DNA of 64,000 nt from Tubulanus polymorphus (taxonomy: Eukaryota; Animalia; Nemertea): assembly GCF_964204645.1 (NCBI RefSeq), contig NC_134033.1, positions 4,302,231 to 4,366,230 of the forward strand. The letters run 5' to 3'. Position numbers and translations under genes: made by a program. Shown piece by piece: positions 27,101 through 39,000 of the stretch; position 1 is the first letter of the stretch; every line of letters begins with the position of its first letter. The notes under the pieces are model-generated. The model was given only the letters and a program-made list of their open reading frames with translations. It ran no database searches and was not told where the DNA came from.

Positions 27101-28095
27101 TTACTATAACAATAGGACGACGTGTACTATGTACCGTCGTCCTAACAAATTAATTCAAAGTTATATCATTGATTTCATCTAGTATGATCTAAATCATCAA
27201 ATGGGATGATATTGTATCCCTTTTACCACGAGCCACGTATTCACAAAACACATTTTGTGACTAAAAGAGTTGAAATTATTTCACGAATTTTCAAAACGAA
27301 CAAAAACGAATTGATTCAAAGTTATTTCATAATTTCAACTAGAATTAAACAAAACTAACATATTTTTTCTTTACGCGATGAAATAATTAGAGTTGATGTC
27401 AGTTCGTTGACAGTTCCCGGGTGTTTCATAAATCAATGATATTTTTACTAACATATTTTTTCTCGCTTATGGATTAGTGACGTTAATCCGTATACGGATT
27501 AGTTTTAGTGTTATTCGGTTAATCTGAGATAAATCTAATGAAATTTACATCATTCGTTCCTATTTCTTTTAGATTAATTTTTGTAAAGGCTTTTATGGAG
27601 CTAATCCGTTAATTTGATATAAGGCAGAGATATTTGACCTGATTCCGGTTTACTGGAGCAGAAACAGTTGATATAGAAAACTTACCGATTTGACAAGCTG
27701 GTCCGGTCCAATATGACTCACATGCAGTGTTAGTATTTGGACACTTTAAAGCGCCATCTATATTCTGTCCCTTTATTGGACATAGGTCCACGGCTGTATT
27801 ACTGCAATGACACTCCCAACCAGTACAACTCTTCCCAAAACATTTCGCTGAAATGACAAAAAGAAGATTATTTTACAAAAATAATCTCCTAATGCTGTTC
27901 TCCAACAATAATTCTCTTCTTTCTCTGGTTATCATCGGTGCTCTCTTATGGATTGAAATCGTACAATTTACGATTTCCGCATTTTTTACAACTCTGGAAC
28001 CAACGATTATTGATACACTCACCTGATGTGTTTGTGATGAATAAACATAGAATCAACAACAACAAAAAACGAAAGATGTTTCTTTTACGGTACAT
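18151..28095 (-). CDS. Receptor-type protein tyrosine (pseudo)phosphatase: SP, Cys-rich module, F-type lectin, EGF-like, 3 FN3, TM, PTP D1 (C>G), PTP D2; 26 exons, 1366 aa
   Basis: Exons: 28095-28023, 27847-27686, 25258-25028, 24247-24020, 23720-23574, 23405-23079, 22957-22574, 22497-22401, 22330-22069, 21989-21841, 21710-21511, 21449-21274, 21199-21112, 21003-20927, 20839-20803, 20737-20628, 20547-20413, 20225-20068, 19987-19852, 19765-19610, 19441-19283, 19144-19010, 18898-18773, 18649-18513, 18438-18303, 18225-18151. All GT-AG and phase-compatible, 4101 nt. D1 motifs: KNRF, DYINANY, WRMIWQE, KCHLYWP, WPDHDVP, HGSAGAGRTG, RQQRPEMIQ. D2 motifs: FINASF, DFWQMI, WPE, VHCMDSTTRTG. Furin-like RRRNR in the third FN3. 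Confidence 0.92.
24383..24631. mobile_element. Small MITE with GGGGCCGTGC TIRs (PIF/Harbinger-like) in RPTP intron 3
   Basis: ggggccgtgc at 24383 and gcacggcccc ending at 24631, flanked by taa/tat. The family assignment is by TIR resemblance only. Confidence 0.55.
25324..27144 (-). mobile_element. Non-autonomous Helentron/Helitron-like insertion (~1.8 kb) in RPTP intron 2
   Basis: Sub-terminal repeats taggacgacg (25343, 27113) and the inverted copy cgtcgtccta (27135-27144). CTAG terminus at 25324-25327. Inserted in an A/T run with no evident TSD. The uninterrupted paralogous site is at 27219-27345. Confidence 0.6.
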
Positions 28096-28941
28096 TTTGT
28101 GTGTCTGAACGATGCAGTATGATATCGCTTATTTTATATTCATGTGATTAACTTCCTTTTGATTTTCAAATAAATCATTTTAAAGGAAGTTCGAACAAAT
28201 TTCAGATTTGCTAGTTTATTTTGCTCTGTGGGGGGAGGTTAGGAAGGAGGCCAGAACAGAACATCAAAGGTCACCGCCACCTGAGTAGGAAAAAATAAAT
28301 AAATTAAAGAAAAAGTAAAAAGAACAAATTATCAAAATATGAAAAAACCAGTTTAATTAGTTAACGGATTAACTCCACTTTAATCCTAAGCACGATAGAC
28401 AGGACACCCCTTTCGTGTACAATGAGACAAACCATTGGTTTTCCCCGTATCAGACAACACAGGCATCAGCTGAATAAGTACATACCAAAAAGGACGTGTA
28501 AATAAGAAAGTATAGATTATTTTTTAAACATGCTATTTGATTATCAATTAAAATCATGAATCATTACTTCCTAAATGATCCAGCCCATCTGCGTCAAACC
28601 ATCATCTGATAATAACTGATCTTGGAGAGACGTGTAAATAAACGATTATTTCTATAAATACTAAATGATCAAACAAAGTCATAATTTACTGCTTCCTAAA
28701 CCTCTTCTGCGTTTAAACTATCCTCGGAAATGTCTCCTATTGTGGATCTGATCGTTCTTAACGACGTGTAGAATAGAATCCTTCCATTAATTCCTAAATG
28801 ATTGCATTAAAACCCCTGCACTAATCATCAAATAATCACTCATAGCGGATGTGTGATTAATGAAAATCGTGATGGCAGCCATCTTTTTCTCTAATAACGA
28901 TGAAACGATTCTTCATTGGAACGCAAATTACTAAGTCTTCT

Positions 28942-29052
28942 AGGACCGGTTTTATAGACTCGTATTACCTTTAACCTGGGGACTAACTTAATTAATTTTT
29001 AATTGAGTTAACCCCGGGTTAAAGGTATTACCGGTTTATAAAACCGGGCCCT
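28942..29052. mobile_element. ~110-bp palindromic MITE
   Basis: aggaccggttttata...tacctttaacctgggg is mirrored by ccccgggttaaaggta...tataaaaccgggccct. Confidence 0.7.
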
Positions 29053-29936
29053 GAATCACAAGAATTCATTCATATATTTCTTAATTTGATTTAATTTGAA
29101 ATAACCATTCAAAGATGAGTTATGTAATGCAGATTTGAGATTGTAGTCGAGGAAGTAACTTTTAAGAGAAAAATTCAACCTCAAGACTTATTACAGTCAA
29201 CAAAATCAGGTCCACTTTGAAATATCACGAACTAAAATGAATAGATTTAAATGTTCGTATATCAAAATTGAAATCATACAATATAACAATTTACAATATA
29301 TTTTCGAATTAGACAGATTCGATATGGCAGAATGCGTTTCATTCCAACATTTTCTTAAATAAGCACAAAAATCATTTACGGATTTTTCTATCATTCTCAA
29401 AACATTTTCCTTATTTTGGTAACCCCTGGTAGTAAATAGCTCCCAAGCCTCACTACTTATATTGGTAAAAATTCTTATGAATTATTCTTACCTTCTTTAA
29501 CTCTATCCATGCGATTTACTTTATCCATGAAATTTACTCCTGAATTGTGTCGGATGCCGAGGCGACAGCGGCGTCACTAACCGCATGTTAAGTGAGTATG
29601 TACTGAATTGTATTCAGAAAAAAAAAGTCAACTATTTTCATTCTCCAAATTAAAGAAATGTTTCGTCTCTCTCACTCCGACTGTCCTTAACGCCAGACAG
29701 CAGACTCTGACAGCAGACTCTGACAGTCTCCTCGTACCAACTGGTTATAGACTTTTTGTACGTGCCGCCATCTTGTCCTAGAATTTATCTAATACCTTAC
29801 AATAACCGATCGATATTTTCATTCAAACATTCGGAACGAACGATAAACACACTCAAACGTGGTGAACGGATAGTAAGATAAAATCCCACTATTAACAGAT
29901 TAAAAGAATTTAAAACCCGGAATTTATTTATTCAAT

Positions 29937-30890
29937 CTAAAATATATAAAAGACACGACGTTTCGATCTCACCCTAGAGATCATCGTCAGGTGTGAGATA
30001 AAGACTAAAAACAGGGTTATATATACAGAGGAGGACAGGTTAATTGAGTAAATTGGTGAGTGAATAAGTAATTAGTGTTTGGCAAGGCATGAAGTAATAT
30101 ACTTAGAAAGAAGGGAATTGTCCGGAGAAAAGCCATTATCTAGATTGGTATTTATAACTGAGTGACGAGTAATTAGGGCAGACTCAACTATGGGGCATTT
30201 AGTGTAATTGCTGGAAGTATAAATAATTTCGGCTTTATCAAAATTAAAACGATGACCAGTGTTCCAAACGTGATTGGCTACGCCACTAGCCGGTTTTTTG
30301 ATTTATCATATCCTTTTTGTGTTCCGAAATTCTAGTTTTTAAATCACGACCAGTTTCTCCAAAGTAAATTTTATCACAGCCAAAACAAGGAATTTTGTAA
30401 ACTCCGCAGTCCAAAGGTTTAGATTGATTGTTTTTAACCAAAATCTTACTAATTTTGTTTTCATACGTGAAAATGATTTTTTAATCCAATAAAGGGAGAC
30501 AGTGACGAAACTTTTGCAAAACAGGTACATACGGAACTACAATGAACTCTGAAATGTGTTTTTTATTTTCTGGAGGTTTAGAATTGAAGAAGGTACGTTT
30601 AGCCTTAGAAATAGCGATTTTCAAAATGTGATCAGGGTAAGCCAATTTTCTAAGAGAGTTGGATATATGGTCAAATTCAGCCGAAAGGAAGGTTTCATCG
30701 CAGATCCGCAGTGCACGGAGAAAGAGGCCTTGAGCGAGACCAATTTTGATTGATTTAGCAACAAACGAAAAGAAGTGAAGGTATGCCTCGGCGTTGATAG
30801 GTTTGCGGTAGACTGAGAAAATCAAATGAGAAAATGTATTGTGAATTAGAACATCTAAAAACGGAATTTGGTCATTTTGTTCCCATTCAA
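29937..30890 (-). mobile_element. Penelope-like retroelement, 5'-truncated (RT C-terminus, GIY-YIG endonuclease, 3' end)
   Basis: Translation EWEQNDQIPFLDVLI..FSVYRKP..YLHFFS..LFLRALRIC..LAYP..VVPYVP, then in a shifted frame GVYKIPCFGCDKIYFGETGRDLKTRISEHKK..HVW..GHRFNF..VESALI, followed by a hammerhead motif. Confidence 0.9.
29953..29995 (-). ncRNA. Minimal type I hammerhead ribozyme in the Penelope-like element 3' region
   Basis: Minus strand reads cACAC CUGACGA U GAUCUC uagggu GAGAUC GAAAC GUC^ GUGU: conserved core CUGANGA/GAAA/UH, 6-bp stem II, 4-bp stem I and a loop-less palindromic stem III (ACGU). Confidence 0.85.
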
Positions 30891-32530
30891 TAAATAAAAT
30901 TCACTTTTGAATGGGAACAAAATGACCAAATTCCGTGTTTAGATTTTCTAATTCACAATAAATTTTCTCATTCAGTTAAAGACAAAAGGCACTTTTTTCT
31001 TATTTCGAAAGGCGTATCAGTAACCACCCACTACAGCGCAGGTGAAGACTGCATAAGGGGAACAGGCGATCGAACGAAAGCGACATATTTTATGATGATG
31101 ACAGTTTTATTTATCGGGAGAATTTTCCATGTTAAAAATCACCTTCTTCGCTTTGTTTCAAGATCGTTCGAACAGGGAAGCAGTTGATGGGAAAGTAGCC
31201 GAACCATCGTCGTATTTTATTCCAGCCTTCGCTGGTTTCGCCGCCATCTTGTATAGCCGTAACCAAGGAAACGGTGATATAAAGGAAGTTTGCAGCACCG
31301 TACGGTTAAATTCAATGTAAATGCGCTATATTGAACAATGCATTGCATTAAGGTTCGCGCCGGATGCTGAGTGCCTAGTGGCTAAAAACTTAAAATTTAG
31401 TTCTAAAACCAATCTTATCCCCCGCATTTGAATGTGCATTTCTACTGCTTATCGATTCATGAAAAATTTTAAAATCACTGCAGCTACGCTAAACCCTTGT
31501 CTCTACTGGCCCGAACGGAGAATGCCTTTGACCGGCGGCCTGTATTAATCCCTCCTTAGTCATATTTCGGTTATTGACGATGCAGCCAATCATCACCGCG
31601 TACGAAATTTGAGAGGTCAGTTAAAAGTTGTTGGGCGCTCGCACAAGTCGTCATTGAACTTTTAGAAATTCTATCATGTGAAGTCTATGTATATGGCACT
31701 GTGTACGAAAGGATATACGTTTACTAAAAAGCGAATTATCATGGAATATTAGACCATTCGCAACTGAGCTCATGCGAACTATTTATGAAAATACAATTCT
31801 AGTTTTAACTCAGGGACACGGAATTTAAAAATGACTTCAAAATTGACTCAAAATCGAAGGATTAAATTGACTTAAATCGGAGGATTATTAATCGAGTTTC
31901 TGGAATCGCTGGTTCATTGCTTCGCAAGGTCGCTGTAAGGTAAGTGGAACTTTATTTAACATTAGCGGCTGAAATTATGTTTTATAGGTTTAGATTTAGG
32001 AAAAAATAGCCTAGGTTAGGTTGCAAAAATATATAGGTCATTGGTTGACGGCTCTACATGGACGATACGACAGACTCGCTTCACCGCCGAGCGACGAAAA
32101 ACAAAGTGTTCCGAATTGAATAAGGTAAAAAATAAACCAGCGTGGACTTATCAACTCCGAGTTGATACGTCCATGATTTCAGTGAGAAGAACAAGACCCC
32201 CGGGCCACGGAAGATTGAATCAGAAGTTGAATGACGAGATGACAGAGTGGCTTGAAAAACTCCGGTACGACCTGTATGATATGTCTTCTTCTATTTGCAC
32301 TGATTCATAGAATAGAATCGATGTTAGTAATTTAGCTAGTTAGTCGATCCTCAATTAAAACATAATTTCAGTTGTTAATTATTTTCATGCCAATTGTATA
32401 AATGTACTTTACAATTGGTTCCCACTAAAAACTAGAATTAGTTAACAGTTTGTAAGTTAAGTGTTACTTTGGTCAGATTTAATGGGTTGAACTTAGAACA
32501 TTTAGTTACTCATACGCCTGGATAAGTATA

Positions 32531-32695
32531 GGTATTAGGGCTTAGTGGTGGATTAGAGACCCAACATCGAACAGGGCCTGGTGACTGGTATTTAGTCAAT
32601 CGGTTACTGGTATTAGGGCTTAGTGTTGGATTAGAGACCCAACATCGAACAGGGCCTGGTGACTGGTATTTAGCCACTAGGTTACTGGTATTAGT
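32531..32695. repeat. Tandem duplication, ~78-bp unit, ~2.1 copies
   Basis: ggtattagggcttagtg(g/t)tggattagagacccaacatcgaacagggcctggtgactggtatttag occurs at 32531 and 32609. Confidence 0.85.
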
Positions 32696-33249
32696 CAACC
32701 ATCCAACTGACTGCATGACGTCTAGAAATCAATCTTTGGGCATTTTTGGGTAGAGCTTGCCTGAGTTTGACAAAACATATCGGAAACGATTCATGCATAA
32801 GCGTATACATGTGAAACCATGCTATGCTGACGTACAATAGATCAAAAACCTTTTAAGGTAAATTTGCAATATATTTGACGATTTTCCTTCTAAACGAATA
32901 CCCCGTATTTAGCGCCCCCTATAGGCTCAAAGTGAAAAATCCCAGAGTGGCAGACAGGTGTTTCAAGGTGATTTGTTGGGCTCCGGTTGAGAACTGAGAA
33001 CCTTGTATATTCATGTTCGCCCCGTCGCCCTGTCCCGCTTTTTTTCAGTTTTTGGGTGTAATATGGAGATACGGTGTTGCCAGTTTGATACTAGTGCTCT
33101 CTTTTTCAACTCTACACAGCTTCGTCTGGTTAAACTCTTAAAATGAATCGACAAAAACCGCTTGCTAAAAGGCGTCGATTTTTCCCAGATTGGTTTTGAG
33201 ATTCTTGCGCGCGATGTCTTAATCGAGCCATTTAGTTCACGTTGAGCCG

Positions 33250-34325
33250 TTTTAGTCATCTCGCACCATTTTACTTTCTGAAGTCATCTCGTGCCGTTTT
33301 AATTTTTGAAGTCATGTCACGCCGTTTTATTATGGAGTCATGTCACGCCGTGTTACTTTTTGAAGTCAACTAACGCCGTTTCATTTTCAAGTCATCTCAC
33401 GCCGTTTCATTTTCAAGTCATGTCACGCATTTTGAAGTCATCTCGCGTCGTTTTATTTTGAAGTCGTCTCGCACCGTTTTGTTTTGAAGTCATTTTCACG
33501 CCGTATCACTTTGGAGTCATCTCGAGCCATTTCATTTTACCAGCTAACGACAGGTACCACAAAATAACCCTTTCGGGTCTTGCGCGATACGGAGTATAAA
33601 CTGCGAGAGAGAGAGAGAGCGCGTGGATGACTTCTTCCTGAGTTATAGCCACGAAACATATATATTCACAGTAAGTTATTAAACTACGGAGTGCCATGTA
33701 GTACACGATGCGATTGCTTTTAACCCGGTACAAGTCCTTTACAACGCTTATCCAGCTTTAAAACAGTCGACTGATGTGTGCTTATTGCGACCTGGTTTGG
33801 CAAACTGTTCCATTGGCAGAAAAAAACATAGCTCGGAGTGTGTCAGTAGCTTTAACGAGTTAGCTGTAGTTCTGGTTCGATTATCTAGTATTAGGTGAAC
33901 TATCGGTCATTGGAGACTTGTAGTAGTTTCGAGTGAGGTTGTGAAGACTTCGATGAGGTCTGCCCTACATCGGCGTAAGAAGAGACTAAGTAACTTTGTC
34001 TACTTTTTAAGTCGTCTCGCGCGCCGTTTCATTTTGAAGTCATTTCGCGCAGGAAGTAATCTCGCGCGCCGTTTCATTTTGAAGTCATCTCGCGCGCCGT
34101 TTCATTTTGAAGTCATCTCGCGCGCCGGTTCATTTTGAAGTCATCTCGCGCGCCGTTTCATGTTGAAGTCATCTCGCGCGCCGTTTCATGTTGAAGTCAT
34201 CTCGCGCGCCGTTTTATTTTGAAGTCATCTCGCGCGCCGTTTTATTTTGAAGTCATCTCGCGCGCCGATTTATTTTGAAGTCGTTTCGCACCGTTTTATT
34301 TTGAAGTCATTTCGTGCCGAAGTCA
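33250..34325. repeat. 28-bp minisatellite (gaagtcatctcgcgcgccgtttcatttt), split into a degenerate block (~33250-33540) and a homogeneous block (~34008-34325) by ~465 bp of unique sequence
   Basis: Period of 28 read directly (34081, 34109, 34137...); no spacers between units. Confidence 0.9.
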
Positions 34326-34327
34326 TT

Positions 34328-34522
34328 TAGAACACCGCTACCACAACCGACTAGAACACCGCTATCACAACTGACTAGAACACCGCTACCACAACTGGCT
34401 AGAACACCGCTACCACAACTGGCTAGAACACCGCTACCACAACCGACTAGAACACCGCTACCACAACCGACTAGAATACCTCTACCAGCAAAACTGACTA
34501 GAACACCGAGATCTGACTAGAA
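34328..34522. repeat. 24-bp minisatellite (ctagaacaccgctaccacaaccga), ~8 copies
   Basis: Direct tandem repeats; this is the source of the spurious (RTPLPQPT)n ORF. Confidence 0.9.
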
Positions 34523-34864
34523 CTGACTCACTCTGAACTTAAGACGGATGTATTACAGTGAAACTTTGGACTTAAACCAGTTAAAATAGTCTTAAGACCA
34601 CTTTGGGAGTTTGGTTATTGACAATTCTGTGATCATATCTGATGATAACTTTTTGGTTATTTTATACATCTTCAGCTCCAGCAAACGAGACATATCACAG
34701 ATGACTGCATCATCACTTCAGCATTAAAGACTCGAAGGGAGCTACATTCTGATATTCGATGTTAAATCGTGTCGCTAGGTGGCGGTTGGGAACGAAATAA
34801 ATTATATTGATTTCGATTCGTCTGTTCTATTGTATTCCTGATTAGGACTATGTATGTTGCAGCC

Positions 34865-35430
34865 TTTTTGGACGTCAAGGAACACTTAGGATTCGAACCC
34901 TCGCAAGCCCAACTCTCTTGGACGCCTAGGATGATTTAGACTTCAAACCCTTGCAAGCCTACCTCTCTTGTGAGGCTGGGGAAAACAGGAACTCTTGGAC
35001 GCTGATGATGATGTTGGATTGGAACCCTCGCAAGCCCACTTCTCTTGAACGCTGAAGATAATGTAGGATTCGAACCCTTGGACCTCTTGGACACTTGGGG
35101 AAAATGTAGGATTCGAACCCGTGCATTCCCACTTCTCTTGTACGCTGAGGATAAGATTCGAACCCTCGCAAAAGGCCGCTTCTCTTGGACGCTAAAGATA
35201 ATGTAGAATTCGTACCATTGCATGCCCAACTCTCTTGGACACTGAGGAAAATGTATGACTCGAACCCGTGCATTCCCTTATTTTTCTTATTCGCCGAGGA
35301 AAATGCAGGATTCAAACCCATTTCTCTAGGACGCTGAGAAAAAAAAACAGGAGGATTCGAACTTTTACGAGCCCATTTCTCATGGATACCAGGCTTAAGA
35401 TTTAAAACCTTACAGACTTCTTGGACGAAT
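34865..35430 (-). repeat. Degenerate ~55-bp tandem repeat carrying a Pol III B-box-like motif (GGTTCGAATCC on minus strand)
   Basis: About 10 units of ctcttggacgctgaggaaaatgtaggattcgaaccc..gca..ccc on the plus strand. Confidence 0.75.
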
Positions 35431-35554
35431 GAGACTTGAATGGGACATATGATAGCAGATTTTCTGCATGCAAATTGATATCTAGTATCGTAGTTAATTT
35501 CAAGAGAAACAATATCATGATTTAGAATTTGAAATTATACACCGATTAAGTTAG

Positions 35555-35610
35555 TACAGTGGAACCTTGTTATAACGAGCTCGGATATAAAGATTTATCA
35601 GTTATAACAA
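35555..35610. mobile_element. pogo/Tigger-like TIR remnant in the 3' flank of the GPCR repeat unit
   Basis: TA-CAGTGGAACCTTGTTATAACGAG. Truncated copies (gaaccttgttat.acgagttcg) at ~13054, ~43643 and ~51344. Confidence 0.5.
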
Positions 35611-36040
35611 ACCTACGATGCCCACCATTTTAGGTTCGTTCTCCACTATTTTAGGGTCTCGACCATTTTAGCAACATAATTTTTAGTTGCTTTTTTCCAA
35701 GTATGAGAATGTGAACGATTTCACCAATTTATTTCTATTTTACGTAGTTTATTTCCGTCCTAATCGAACGAGGAGCAGGTGCAGAGTGATCGAAAACTGA
35801 GTTTATTTAGAAAAGAAAAATCCCAAATAGGACAATTTCAATAATTGTAAACTGGATATACCGGGATGACGATCATCAGAAGCTACGTTTGGAAGGCGCA
35901 GTCTTTACTGTGGTTCATCGTAATATTTTCAAATGTCGTATTAGGTGTAAAGTCTGATCGTGATTTTTGTAAAGTGAAGCGGATATCTTTTAAGCTGCAT
36001 TGTAGAGGAAATAAGTTATAATCATTCATCAATATTATCA

Positions 36041-39000
36041 TCATTTTATTGGTTGTCGTTTTCTGCGTTTATTTCGAGCTCGTATGGATTTCATATCGAT
36101 AGTTAGAATAGTGTAAAGAAGCGGGTTCAAAGTGGGTATTATCGGCAAGAAAAGAACGGCCAGCCAAGCGGCCACCTGGTTCGGTATCTCGACCGAAAAT
36201 ACGGCACAAAACTGAACGATTATCAACGGTAACCAGCAAAATAAATTACACAAATTGATGACTAAACTGCGTCGAGCTAGAACGAGTTCTGTAGGATCGA
36301 CTCTACCCGAACCGGACCTGCTTCCGGATACATACTTGTACATCTGCGCGTACGACATCATTATCAGAGTGAGAATGATCGCGTTTAATACAGCGAATAT
36401 AGCGAACGAATATTGCCAACCATTGACATCTATAGATATTAGATTCATAGGTAAACAGATACCCGTACTACCGTAAAAATTATCACCGAAATAAGACGAC
36501 CGAGACAGCGGCAGAAAGGCGATTAAACTTAAAAATATCCAGCATAAACAAGACAGAATCATAATAATATTTGAGGATAAAACCGGGTTACCGGAAAATG
36601 GATCGATTATATTGGAATATCTGAAACGCGTGAGGAGAAGGAGAAATGTTAAAGAGCCTTCGCAAGATATCGTCACCACAATTCCGGCGACACCGCATAA
36701 TGAACTACGAGTCCAAGTTTCAGAATTCAGAAAATAAACACCTTTATAAACGTGATCAGTTGCAGCGATCAGAAACAGATAAACAGACATCAGCAAATCA
36801 CAAAGCGCGATATTAATGATGAGGATATCCGGCGATTTATTTTGTGTTTCTGACGAAACTCGAATCGACCTAAACCGAAATAAGATAACGGTTATATTGG
36901 AAACGAACGTAAAACAAACGATGATCCAGATAACAGCTGTGAGGACAGTGTTCTCAATGAGGTCTGAACACGATGAGAATTGATCTGGATCCGGGAGACA
37001 CCGGTCAATATTCGGCGCCATACAACAGAATTTATACGCGTCCGAAGCGAGAAAATATAAAGACGTCAGATTATCGAAGATATTATTTTCCGTAGAAATG
37101 ATCCGAGAATTGTTGGTGAAATCTAGAACTCCCAGTGAACTCAACCCAGTAAACGCGTATCTGGATATTGATTCGATTACGTTACTGCTGATATTCAAAT
37201 ATTTCAGCGCTGGTAAACCTCGGAATACGTTACGAGTAAGAAAAGAAATAGAGAGTTCACGGAGATCCATAACCGGAAGAGACGTCAAACCGTTGAAGCT
37301 TCCATCGTTCAAATATCTCAGCGGATTTCCAGCGAGTAAAAGTTGTTTCAAACTGTTTAAACCAGTGAATGTATCAGCATGTAGTGATACTAGGCGATTA
37401 TACGACAGATCTAATGTATTTAGATTGCGTAGATTAGAAAACGCGTTGGAGACAATGTCAGATAAATCATTACGGGAAATATTGAGTAAGAAAAGGTACA
37501 GAAAAGAGGAAAATGTCGATTCATTGAATCTAACTCGGTTATTCGATAAAATCAAAATTCGAGTCGACGCGGCAAAAATTCGAGAAATATCCGATAAAAA
37601 AGTATTTTCACAATCGATGAAACGACCTTGACATTTACAATAGTTAGGACACGTGACGTCGCAGTAAGCCTCGTCATCCGAGTTATGTTTACAATTAACG
37701 ACGCCATCGCAAACTTCCGACTGAGGAATACATCGATGTTCGTCAGCGCATTTAAACATTCCCGGACACGAAAACGTTTCGCAATTCAATTCATCTTCTG
37801 AATTGGGACAATCTGATCGACCATCGCACACGTGTCTAATCGGTATACAGTAAGACGATGGACATTTCACTGTACCAGCTGGACATTCAAACTCATTACA
37901 ATTCAGTAAATGTTCGAGTCTTCTACAAACAGGAAAACCTGTCGGCATTCTTTCTAAAATACATCTATCTCTTCTCGCGTAACAATGAGGAGAATCGAAT
38001 GAACATCTTTGTTTATCCGATTCGGTACAGAGTGTAGTGAAATTCGTCGTGCAGTAGTTCTCTGTAGTGCAATGAATGTGTGGTTTGATTGTTATATTGG
38101 TAGTTACTATTTCATCTTCTTCGAGGTCCCCGCCACAATCTACAACACCATCCCGATACAACAGAGAACTGATACATTCGCCATTTACGCACAAAAATCC
38201 GTTACATTCGTCCGAAGAGCAGCCGATCTCATCGGATTTATCTTGACAGTCAACCAGTCCATCACATCGTTTATATTTACCCACACATTGTCCGTCGTTA
38301 CACTTAAACTGATCAGAGGAACATGAAATATGATAGCACGAGTTCTCATCCGAGCCATCGACGCAATCTCTCATAAAGTCACAGAAACCGCTAATCGATA
38401 TAACCTGTCCATCGTTACAGCGGAACTGACTGTGTAAATTGATATCCGTACAATCGAGTTCATCTTCACCGTGTTGACAGTCGTGTCTAGTATCGCATAC
38501 GCGATGGTCGCTGATACATCTTCGATAGTTACATTCAAACTGCCACGATTTACAACCGCTTATAGAAGCTAACTCTTCACCAGTTACATTATAGGAACAT
38601 AGCACGGAATGCGCTTCATCTGTGACATTATCGAAGGTAGTCACTGACCATTTCACTGTTTGAAAATATGTTATCCAATCTCTAATTACAACTGGTTTTA
38701 TTGCCATAATTCTTCCGCTTGTATGATTAGTCAGTATAGCGCCATATTGATGCTGATAGTGGAAAACATTTTTTAAATGCTGAATTTCAATACTAGATGT
38801 TATTATACCTATGTCTCCGCCGATTGTAAGACACATTTCTCTGGCTGTTTGGATTGTTAAACTTTCAGTATAAAGCGTTTGCCAGGCTGTAAGTATTTGA
38901 TAGCAATGCGCTTCTATATGAATCCATCCTCTTAGACACGTGGAGTTAAATCGTTCAAAGTTGTTCCGCGTTATTTCAGTTGTTTCGTTTTGTGAAGATG

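Noticed and set aside
30980-33250. Possible gene or TE in the unique region with several 60-90 aa ORFs
   Set aside because: No recognisable protein motif, termini or splice chain could be supported by eye.
34008-34522. Regular 28-bp and 24-bp repeats as a possible CRISPR array
   Set aside because: Head-to-tail units without unique spacers, no cas genes, and a eukaryotic context.
34865-35430. tRNA gene cluster
   Set aside because: Only a T-arm-like motif; no acceptor stem, D-arm or A-box could be built.
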